NCBI GenBank assembly: GCA_046757025.1
Contig: JBHHXN010000063.1
Span: 1-26,191, forward strand
Origin: a bacterium
GTDB lineage: Bacteria > Zhuqueibacterota > Zhuqueibacteria > Oceanimicrobiales > Oceanimicrobiaceae
Direction: 5' to 3'
DNA length: 26,191 nucleotides
Shown here in pieces: positions 9,991 through 17,737 of the stretch. The first letter of the stretch is position 1; every line of letters begins with the position of its first letter. The notes below the pieces were generated by a model. That model saw only the letters and a list, made by a program, of their open reading frames with translations. It made no database searches and had not been told where the DNA came from. Both the position numbers and the translations under genes were made by a program.

Positions 9991-10096
9991 AATGCGTTTC
10001 TCCTTTTAATGAATAATGATAGTTGTTAACAAAACCTGTTTCAAAAAGAATGTAAATACACTTTTTATCTCAAAAAGTCAAGTTTTTATTTTGAAA

Positions 10097-10534
10097 TTAC
10101 TGGGCCGTCAGCCGATCTTTTACGATTAAATAACCGACCATCCCTTTTTTCGCATGTCCATCTTTACTGCAATAAAATTTGAACTCGCCGGTTTTCGTAG
10201 GCGTCAGCGTGATGACGACGCCTTCGCCGCCGGGCACGTCTTGATTTTGAATTTCCAGACCGGCTGCCGGCGCCACAAGATTGAAATCGTGCGGCACCAG
10301 TCCCAAAAATCCCGATCGTTTTTTCAACGTCAACTGCAGCGGTCTGTTGACTTCGGTGACGATGCGGCTGGGCTCGAAGTAAAAATTTTTCAAGACCATC
10401 TCCGCTTTCAAGGTATCGTTCGCGAAGAACTTAGCGGTCTCCGTTGTCGGAGCAAGTTGCTTGCCGGGCGTGCCGCAGGCGATAAATACACAAACCCCCA
10501 TGCAAATCAAGGTTACAAATGGTTTGTTAGACAT
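10097..10534 (-). CDS. Single-domain cupredoxin lipoprotein
   Basis: Lipobox FIAC; FYFEPSRI; PHDF; GEFKFYCSKDGHAKKGMVG (C-x4-H-x4-M). Confidence 0.88.
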   Translation of the reverse strand: MSNKPFVTLICMGVCVFIACGTPGKQLAPTTETAKFFANDTLKAEMVLKNFYFEPSRIVTEVNRPLQLTLKKRSGFLGLVPHDFNLVAPAAGLEIQNQDVPGGEGVVITLTPTKTGEFKFYCSKDGHAKKGMVGYLIVKDRLTAQ

Positions 10535-10549
10535 GTTCCTTTTCTCTTT

Positions 10550-11629
10550 TTATAAAAAAACATGAAACTGCAAAGTTAACTGATCTTGATTCAGCGGTAC
10601 GTTTTGAGGGATGAAGCGATTTATTCGGTAAAAGATACCGAATTGCATGAATTGCGTGATAAACGGCTCCACCCCGATGGTGATGCGTTCCTGCCCATCG
10701 CGGTCATTCGCCACATCCCGGTTGCGATCGAAAAACTCGTAGGTGGCTTTGAAATTGAATCCGCGTGTGATCAGGTAGTTTAACTCCACCAAACCGGCGA
10801 ATTGTTCCCGGTCATCTTTTTTAATAAAATCCCCTTCCCCTAACAGCGTGAAGCGCCCAAAGTTGACGCCGGCAAAGGCGCCAGCCACATAGTCATCGCC
10901 CTCGCGGATGTTGCGCCCGAAGGAGCCGCCGATGCGAAACCGTCGGAACACCGTCGAAGCCACCAAAGACAACTGGTTTTCGGTGAGATTGGCCACCAGG
11001 GAATGGGGGCCGGGCTCCAGGCCGATCTCGATGGCGGTGTCATGGCGGTTGTAAGTGTAACCGGTGCGATTGCGAATGAACGCGTCGTTGTCCAGCAGGC
11101 GGTAGCCGAACGGCAGCAGCATGCGCCCGACTTTTAAATACGAATCCAGGGGCAAATTTTGGATGATTCCAAAAAATTCTCGATTGGCGCTGGGTTGCAA
11201 AGTCTGGTCGGCGTACACGGAAAACACATCGGGCACCACGTCAAATTGCAAATAGACATTGGCTTCTGAAATTCGGGTATTGTTGCTGTAATCGGCTTTT
11301 TCGCCGGTAAAGCTTTTGAATTCAAACAGCGACACGTCATCAGCGCGGAAGTTCGCACCCACGGAAATTCGGTCGCTCATCTTGCCATCGAAAAAGCTGG
11401 AGCTGCCTTTGGCTTTGATAAATTTCATGTACAGATTGGTTTGAGAATAGATGACACCGAAGTCGGTTCTTTTGCCGCCGCCGGTCCGATTGACATGACA
11501 TTGACTGCACTTAAATCCTGTCCGTACTGCCAGGTAAGGTTCTGCTGGTAAAGTGGTTAGAAAGCCATCCAGTAGCAGAGCCCACACCAGGCCGGTGGCA
11601 AAAAGCAGGGTGATTTTATTTTTTAACAT
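10550..11629 (-). CDS. Outer-membrane beta-barrel with N-terminal monoheme cytochrome c motif
   Basis: Start moved to ATG 11629 (AGGAGG SD; avoids overlap with the upstream gene). Signal peptide, then AEPYLAVRTGFKCSQCHVNRTGGGKRTDFG. Alternating amphipathic strands and a barrel-type C-terminus (LTLQFHVFL). Confidence 0.78.
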   Translation of the reverse strand: MLKNKITLLFATGLVWALLLDGFLTTLPAEPYLAVRTGFKCSQCHVNRTGGGKRTDFGVIYSQTNLYMKFIKAKGSSSFFDGKMSDRISVGANFRADDVSLFEFKSFTGEKADYSNNTRISEANVYLQFDVVPDVFSVYADQTLQPSANREFFGIIQNLPLDSYLKVGRMLLPFGYRLLDNDAFIRNRTGYTYNRHDTAIEIGLEPGPHSLVANLTENQLSLVASTVFRRFRIGGSFGRNIREGDDYVAGAFAGVNFGRFTLLGEGDFIKKDDREQFAGLVELNYLITRGFNFKATYEFFDRNRDVANDRDGQERITIGVEPFITQFMQFGIFYRINRFIPQNVPLNQDQLTLQFHVFL

Positions 11630-11639
11630 GGATTTCCTC

Positions 11640-12119
11640 CTAATTGTTTGGCGCGCCCTGTGCAATCCAATCTCTGATCAATTGTATTTCACTTTGCGAG
11701 AGAAACGGCGGGCCGTCGAAAGGCATGCGTCGGCCGGCTTTGGGAGAGGCCGATGAAATTTTTTGGATGAGGTAACTGCCATCCGGATCACCGGGAGCCA
11801 CCCGCATCTTCGGGTCGACTGTCGGCGCCTGAAAAGTCGGTTGATTCACAAGGGACGCGTGCGAGTTGCCGCTGGTGAGATTCAGGCCGTTGTTCTGACT
11901 GCCCCCGGTTTGAATAAAACCAATGCCGCCGCTGGCATGACAACGAATGCAATTGGTATCAAAAATGGGTTGAATCTGCGCAGCAAAACCGGAGGCGCCT
12001 TCGGGGTCGCCGCTGGCGTTCAATCTCACCCCATCGCCACGGCAGGAAAACCAGGCCATCAAACTCACCAAAATCAAAATAGACAAAAATAATGACTGTA
12101 TATTCTTTAATACCTGCAT
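11640..12119 (-). CDS. Monoheme cytochrome c lipoprotein (Planctomycete cytochrome C-like domain)
   Basis: Lipobox WFSC; IQPIFDTNCIRCH, GLNL, VAPGDPDGSYLIQKI, RMP (candidate axial Met), LSQSEIQLIRDWIAQGA. Confidence 0.85.
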   Translation of the reverse strand: MQVLKNIQSLFLSILILVSLMAWFSCRGDGVRLNASGDPEGASGFAAQIQPIFDTNCIRCHASGGIGFIQTGGSQNNGLNLTSGNSHASLVNQPTFQAPTVDPKMRVAPGDPDGSYLIQKISSASPKAGRRMPFDGPPFLSQSEIQLIRDWIAQGAPNN

Positions 12120-12134
12120 TTTGTCCTGACTCCT

Positions 12135-13103
12135 TTATTGGGTGACCTCGGTATCTTCTGCAAACAAGCGATAGAAAACACCGGCTTTTTTTGATAAAGA
12201 TTTTACATAGTGCACCAGCGACCAACTGCGACGGTCGATGAGTTCTTTCATCTGCTCTTCGGTCATGTTGCCAATCTGTTCTTCGGTGGGTTGTTTTGTT
12301 AAATAGGCTTTCAGCTCATCCACTTCATTTTTTGAGTAAACTTCGAGATAGTTGTTAAAATCCTCAATACTGTCCCCGCCGAAAAGAAATGTTTCAGAAT
12401 ACGAAGGCATGGGGGTGCCGTTGAGTCCGGTGGTAAAAGTTTTGAAGACGCTGCGGTGGTCATTGCCGCCTTTGTAGTTTCCGATGGTAAAATTGAAAGG
12501 TTTGATTTTATGTCCCCATTCATCTTTCAACGTGTTGGCGGATTTGCCATCTCCTTTACCGCTCACACCATGGCATGCCCAGCATTCCATGAGCATGTAC
12601 AGACTTTTACCTTCGCTAACGGTTTGAGCCGTCATTTGAGGTTCCGAGGAAATCTGGATGGGTTTTCCGGAAGCCATCTTTTGAAATTTATCTGAAAAGG
12701 TTTTTATGTAAGCCACCACGTCCCGGCGAACCTGTTCTGACAGCAAATCTTGCCAGGCCGGCATCATGGTTCGGGGAATGCCGTTGGTAATGGTGCGAAA
12801 CAAGTCATCATCCGTGGGTAACTGTCCGCTGGGAGTTGAACGAAACTTGTAAATTCCTGTGGTGAAATCCCGCGGCAGGGGGTCGAGATAGCGGGCCGCT
12901 GGTCCGTTTCCATCTCCTGCTCGGCCATGACAAGCTGCGCAAGCCCCGTTGTAAACCTGTTGACCGCGCGTGGCCGCCAGCGCTTGTTGAGCTGCGTCCG
13001 GAGTTTCCGTTTCCTGACCGTACAAAACCGCCACAGAAAGCACGGTCAACAGCAGGAATGCCATGAACCAGGCAGCGGGAAGTTTTTTAGTTAGAATGGC
13101 CAT
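12135..13103 (-). CDS. Periplasmic diheme class I cytochrome c
   Basis: Signal/TM segment, then two homologous domains: CAACHG..GDG.GP...PLPRDFT...MMPAW and CWACHG..GKGDG...KPFNFT...PMPSY. AGGAGG SD. Confidence 0.92.
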   Translation of the reverse strand: MAILTKKLPAAWFMAFLLLTVLSVAVLYGQETETPDAAQQALAATRGQQVYNGACAACHGRAGDGNGPAARYLDPLPRDFTTGIYKFRSTPSGQLPTDDDLFRTITNGIPRTMMPAWQDLLSEQVRRDVVAYIKTFSDKFQKMASGKPIQISSEPQMTAQTVSEGKSLYMLMECWACHGVSGKGDGKSANTLKDEWGHKIKPFNFTIGNYKGGNDHRSVFKTFTTGLNGTPMPSYSETFLFGGDSIEDFNNYLEVYSKNEVDELKAYLTKQPTEEQIGNMTEEQMKELIDRRSWSLVHYVKSLSKKAGVFYRLFAEDTEVTQ

Positions 13104-13259
13104 TTTTCCTCCTGTCCTAATTGATTAATTTGACCTTTGCATTAAACCGGTCGTCACGATTGTTCAGAGATTATGTAAATGAAGTTTGACTGAAAATGAA
13201 TTCCGGCAGCCAATCAGAATGAATACGTCGCAGAGTTGTACTTCGGAATATTGGCCTTT

Positions 13260-13288
13260 ATTATAATCATACTCTGCAACAATGTCAA
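13260..13288 (-). promoter_or_regulatory. Consensus sigma-70 promoter for the diheme cytochrome operon
   Basis: Minus strand reads TTGACA-ttgttgcagagtatgat(17 nt)-TATAAT, a perfect -35/-10 consensus about 157 bp upstream of ATG 13103. Confidence 0.85.
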
Positions 13289-13460
13289 GTAATATATTCC
13301 GCTCAATGGTCGGTTATGGGATCGGAAATTTAACGGCAATTTCAATCACGAAGTCGTTTGGTTATTTATTACAACATGCCCGAAAAACAATTCAGACCAC
13401 AAAAAGTTGCCTGAATTTTTCAATCGCCAGAACCGACCTTTATTGTTTTAAAATTCGCAT

Positions 13461-16400
13461 CTACAATTTACTCAAATCCGTTCGTACGCGAATTCTTCCT
13501 TTTTGACCGTGATGTAAGGTGCATTCATAGTCGTAGTCCCCTTCGTTCGTAAAAGTTCGAGAAACTTCGGTGCCCGGTTCGGAATCCGGTATATCGCCTC
13601 CTGAAGGCGCTTCCTTTTCAAATGTCACATTGTGCGTCGTACCTGAAAACTGCCAGGTGACTGTGTCACCAGGTTGAATTTCCACTCTTTCCGGACTGAA
13701 CGATTTACCGGGGGTGGTGACGACCACGGTGTTACCCGTGCTTGGCGGCGGGTTCGAACCGCCGCCGCTGCCCACGTTAATGGAGCCTGCCATGCCTTGT
13801 CCACCGCGATCGCCATGAAATATGCAAAAATAGGGAAAGCTCGTGCCATCCTGGGCATCTGCGGGGACTGTCCAACTGTAGGAGCCGCCGGTATTGACCG
13901 TGCCCGAATCCCAGAGACCGGTATCGCTGGTGGAAGTGTGTTTTTTTCTTCCTGAGTTATTCCAGGTGATTTTTGCGCCGGGATTCACAGTGACGTTTCT
14001 GGGAGAAAAAAAGTTATCTTTCATGGCAATGGTGACGTCCCCACCAGTCTGAGGCGGTGGCGGTTCCGAGACCGTGATGGTGGTGGAGGCGTTGGCATTC
14101 AACCCACCGCGCTCCGCCACCACTTTGGCGGTGTGGTCGCCGGCGCTGCTGTAAGAACACAACGCCGCCACCTGGTAGAAATCCTGATCCGTGGTGGTTT
14201 CATGCTCAAATGTGCCGTCGCCGGTGCAGTCAAAACGATAGGTGATGGGGCCGGTTACGGTGCCGCTCACCTGCGCGATGAGCGCGACATTTTCAAGCGG
14301 CGCCTCGCCGGAAGAAGGTTCTGCGCTGAGTGCGACGGACAACGTTGGGGATTGATTTCCAGTGCTTACGTGAATTACGCCGGCCATGCCCTGTCCGCCT
14401 TTATCGCCGTGAAAAACGCAAAAGTAGGGAAAGTCGGTGCCCGACTGCGTGGCCGTGGGCACGGTCCAACTGTAAGAGCCGCCGGTGTTGACGGTGCCCG
14501 AATCCCACAATCCGTCGTCGCTGGTGGAGGTGTGCGGTTTTTTGCCCACATTGTCCCAGATGATCTTCTCGCCGGGTTTCACCGTTACTTCGCGTGGTGA
14601 GAAGAAATTGTCTTTCATGAGTACGCGCACTTCTCTGCCGCTGGAAGGCGGTGGCGGTTCCGAGACCGTGATGGTGGTGGAGGCGTTGGCGTTCAACCCA
14701 CCGCGCTCCGCCACCACTTTGGCGGTGTGGTCGCCGGCGCTGCTGTAAGAACACAACGCCGCCACCTGGTAGAAATCCTGATCCGTGGTGGTTTCATGCT
14801 CAAATGTGCCGTCGCCGGTGCAGTCAAAACGATAGGTGATGGGGCCGGTTACGGTGCCGCTCACCTGCGCGATGAGCGCGACATTTTCAAGCGGCGCCTC
14901 GCCGGAAGAAGGTTCTGCGCTGAGTGCGACGGACAACGTTGGGGATTGATTTCCAGTGCTTACGTGAATTACGCCGGCCATGCCCTGTCCGCCTTTATCG
15001 CCGTGAAAAACGCAAAAGTAGGGAAAGTCGGTGCCCGACTGCGTGGCCGTGGGCACGGTCCAACTGTAAGAGCCGCCGGTGTTGACGGTGCCCGAATCCC
15101 ACAATCCGTCGTCGCTGGTGGCGGTGTGCGGTTTAATGCCCCCGTTTTCCCAGATGATTTTGGCGCCGGGCTTCACTGTCACGTCCCTTGGAGAGAAAAA
15201 ATTATCTCTCATGGAAACGGTGACCACCTCGGCATTCGTAGGGGGCTGTGGCGATGAAACCTCGATGACAATCGAAGTCTCGGCTGTTAACCCTCCTCGT
15301 TCCACCACAACCTTTGCAACATAAGAACCGGGATCGTTGTAATCATATAAATCAACGGCCGTATAAATATTTGAATTGGTTGTCAATTCTTCTTCATAGA
15401 CGCCATCGCTGTTGCAATCAAAGTGATAGGTAATCGCCCCTTCGACGGTGCCGCTGACCTGGGCCGTAAAATCTACGCCTTTCAAAGGCGCCATACCTGC
15501 CGGCGGGCTGGCAGTCAGGGTCACAGATAGAGTCGGCTGCTGCTGAGCGCTGGTACTGACATTGATGACGCCGGTCATACCCTGTCCGCCTTTGTCGCCG
15601 TGGTAAACGCAGAAGTAGGGAATGACGGTACCGGATTGGGTTTCATCGGGTACGGTCCAGCTCCAGGTGGCTCCGCTATCGACCTTTCCGGAGTCCCAGA
15701 TGCCATCATCGCTGGTGGTCGTGTGCGGCATCAAACCGACGTTGCGCCAGCGAACCGTGGCGCCCGGTTTCACGGTCACGTCCCTGGGAGAGAAGAAATT
15801 ATCTATCATGGAGACATTCACCGTATCTGAGGAAGAGGAAGGCGGGGGTTGCGTTCCGACATAGATGACGCCGGCCATGCCCTGTCCGCCTTTGTTGCCA
15901 TGATACACACAGAAATAGGGAAGAGAAGTCCCGTCTGCCGTGGCCTCAGGCACTTGCCAGCTCCAGGACTGACCGCTGTCCACGTTGCCTGAATCCCATA
16001 TTCCGTCATCGCTAGTGGAGGTGTGCGGACGATTACCCACGTTATCCCAGATGATGGTAGCGCCGGCTTTGACCGTCACGTCTTTCGGTGAAAAGAAATT
16101 GTCCTGCATGGCAATAACGACGGTGTCGCCGGTGGAAGAGGGAGGGGGTTCCAGCACGTTAATGGTCGTGGTGGCTTCGGCGGTTAAACCGTCTCGCTCA
16201 ACCGCCACTTTTACCGTGTAAGCTCCCGGAGAATCATAACTGCATAAATCTGCTGATCTATAGGTATCCGAAGCTATGGTGTTTTCATCTTCAAAAGTGC
16301 CGTCACCGTTGCAATCAATTCGATAGGTGATGTCACCGGTGGCGGTGCCGCTTACCTGAACGGTTATGTCCACATCCTGAAGGGGCGCTTCCCCGGCATC

Positions 16401-17132
16401 AGGGTTGACGCTAACCGACACAAAAAGCGTTTTCTGACCAGGAGAGGCACTGCCGACATGCAATATGCCGGCCATGCCCTGTCCGCCTTTATCGCCGTGA
16501 TAAACGCAGTAGTATGGAAAATCGGTTCCGGCGGTGGTTTCATCAGGCACTTTCCAGCTCCAGGACTGGCCGCTGTCCACGTTGCCGGAGTCCCAGAGGC
16601 CGTCGTCGCTGGTGGCGGTGTGCGGCCGGGCGCCGTCGTTTTTCCATATGACGGTGGCTCCCGGTTTTACGGTGGCATCGCGCGGTGAAAAAACATTGTC
16701 CAGCATGGAGATAATGACACTGTCACCGGTGGAAGGCGTTGATTCGGTTGCCGCGGCTACTGTCAGGGTTATGTCAGCGGTGGCCGTGACCTCGGCGCGC
16801 TCAACCATAACTTTAGCGGTATAGGTGCCGGGGTCTGTGTAGCCGCACACGTCCTCGGCGGTGTAGTGGTCACTGTCTTCCGTCACTTCTTTTTCGAAAA
16901 TGCCGTCGTTATTGCAGTCGAAATGAAAGGTCACCGGCCCGCGCGCGGAACCACTCAAACTTGCTGTCAGATCCACGCCCTCTAAAGGGGCTTGACCTGT
17001 TACGGGCACTGCCGTCAGAGTCACTGAAAGCGTTGGTGGAGATAACACCATGGTATCTCGACAGGATAACATTGAAACAAATAGCAGAATCATCAGGGAC
17101 CGTACTGAAAGAAAAATATTTACTGACTTCAT
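13461..17132 (-). CDS. Large lipoprotein with seven plastocyanin/amicyanin-like cupredoxin domains and five PKD-like domains
   Basis: Lipobox MLSC. Six repeats of DN.FSP..xTV..G....W.N.G...HT.TSD.G.WDSG...PYxC(V/I)xHGxxGGQGM.G, plus a seventh divergent domain (THNV...YECTLHHGQ). Five G.APL...DC..DG.(F/Y)E...Y...G.(Y/H)..KV.(V/A)ER PKD-like repeats. Pro/Ser/Thr linkers. Confidence 0.9.
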   Translation of the reverse strand: MKSVNIFLSVRSLMILLFVSMLSCRDTMVLSPPTLSVTLTAVPVTGQAPLEGVDLTASLSGSARGPVTFHFDCNNDGIFEKEVTEDSDHYTAEDVCGYTDPGTYTAKVMVERAEVTATADITLTVAAATESTPSTGDSVIISMLDNVFSPRDATVKPGATVIWKNDGARPHTATSDDGLWDSGNVDSGQSWSWKVPDETTAGTDFPYYCVYHGDKGGQGMAGILHVGSASPGQKTLFVSVSVNPDAGEAPLQDVDITVQVSGTATGDITYRIDCNGDGTFEDENTIASDTYRSADLCSYDSPGAYTVKVAVERDGLTAEATTTINVLEPPPSSTGDTVVIAMQDNFFSPKDVTVKAGATIIWDNVGNRPHTSTSDDGIWDSGNVDSGQSWSWQVPEATADGTSLPYFCVYHGNKGGQGMAGVIYVGTQPPPSSSSDTVNVSMIDNFFSPRDVTVKPGATVRWRNVGLMPHTTTSDDGIWDSGKVDSGATWSWTVPDETQSGTVIPYFCVYHGDKGGQGMTGVINVSTSAQQQPTLSVTLTASPPAGMAPLKGVDFTAQVSGTVEGAITYHFDCNSDGVYEEELTTNSNIYTAVDLYDYNDPGSYVAKVVVERGGLTAETSIVIEVSSPQPPTNAEVVTVSMRDNFFSPRDVTVKPGAKIIWENGGIKPHTATSDDGLWDSGTVNTGGSYSWTVPTATQSGTDFPYFCVFHGDKGGQGMAGVIHVSTGNQSPTLSVALSAEPSSGEAPLENVALIAQVSGTVTGPITYRFDCTGDGTFEHETTTDQDFYQVAALCSYSSAGDHTAKVVAERGGLNANASTTITVSEPPPPSSGREVRVLMKDNFFSPREVTVKPGEKIIWDNVGKKPHTSTSDDGLWDSGTVNTGGSYSWTVPTATQSGTDFPYFCVFHGDKGGQGMAGVIHVSTGNQSPTLSVALSAEPSSGEAPLENVALIAQVSGTVTGPITYRFDCTGDGTFEHETTTDQDFYQVAALCSYSSAGDHTAKVVAERGGLNANASTTITVSEPPPPQTGGDVTIAMKDNFFSPRNVTVNPGAKITWNNSGRKKHTSTSDTGLWDSGTVNTGGSYSWTVPADAQDGTSFPYFCIFHGDRGGQGMAGSINVGSGGGSNPPPSTGNTVVVTTPGKSFSPERVEIQPGDTVTWQFSGTTHNVTFEKEAPSGGDIPDSEPGTEVSRTFTNEGDYDYECTLHHGQKGRIRVRTDLSKL
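14052..15134. repeat. Near-identical intragenic direct repeat (14052-14540 vs 14646-15134)
   Basis: 489-bp copies offset by 594 bp (198 codons). I found only two mismatches (14097/14691 and 14528/15122). Confidence 0.92.
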
Positions 17133-17488
17133 GTCAAATCCTTTACGACTTGTACATCAAAAATGGTTACTTATTTTAGGGTAATATATTAGGATGAATG
17201 TTTTGATTTCATGCACTGTTTGAATTGAAAATTCAGTGACGCTATCAATCAAAGAATCATTTTCTGAAATCGTCCTGATATCACCGCGACTTTTCAGAGA
17301 AAATCCGAATAAATGTACGCGAGCAATTGAAAGGCAAAAGAAATAGCAGGCAGTTTATTGAAAGGTATTTTATATGAATGCTTGATTATGAATCTATCCG
17401 TGTGAATCAAAATTCCACTCTCCAGGGATTACTATTTAAAGCTCAATTCAGGTTGCAATTGTTTGGATTTTCATCATTCATGTCTGAT

Positions 17489-17647
17489 TAATTAGTGTCC
17501 CTCGGTAATCGTCATTCCCGAGTGCTCCCTGCTTACAACATGCAGGGACAAGCTCATCGGGAATCTCGTGCCTAACTGAACAATGGATTCCCGCTTAAAA
17601 ATTGCGGGAATGACAAAAAAGGGCTCTTTACGGCTGGACGCTAATTA
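17489..17647. repeat. REP/MITE-like nested palindromic element
   Basis: Outer IR TAATTAGTGTCC (17489-17500) / GGACGCTAATTA (17636-17647), 11/12 match. Inner IR GTCATTCCCG (17511-20) / CGGGAATGAC (17605-14). Two ATTCCCG...CGGGAAT hairpins inside. Confidence 0.7.
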
Positions 17648-17654
17648 TAATGCA

Positions 17655-17686
17655 GAAGCAGAAGGAGGCATGGCTCCTCCTGCTTC
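17655..17686 (-). terminator. Hairpin downstream of the tandem cupredoxin gene (possible terminator or stability element)
   Basis: Minus strand GAAGCAGGAGGAG-ccatgc-CTCCTTCTGCTTC: 13-bp stem with one G-U pair, followed by only a weak U tract. Confidence 0.5.
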
Positions 17687-17737
17687 CGATTGACTGTCCA
17701 ATGGTGGAAATTGAGAAAATTCAACTTCCTCCGCAGC

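Noticed and set aside
13121..13134. FNR box
   Set aside because: Only one TTGAT half-site; the second half does not match ATCAA.
13282..13506. 74-aa plus-strand ORF
   Set aside because: Antisense to the cluster, overlaps the promoter and the end of the giant gene, and has no motif.
14052..15134. Diversity-generating retroelement template/variable repeat pair
   Set aside because: Only two mismatches, both copies are in-frame coding modules of one gene, and there is no reverse transcriptase in the window.
13461..17132. Multicopper oxidase or copper nitrite reductase
   Set aside because: No HxH type-2/type-3 copper motifs; each domain has only a type-1 ligand set.
13625..17179. Many alternative-frame and antisense ORFs, including the duplicated 14133-14600 and 14727-15257
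   Set aside because: They are shadows of the GC-rich repetitive gene; their duplication just mirrors the DNA repeat.
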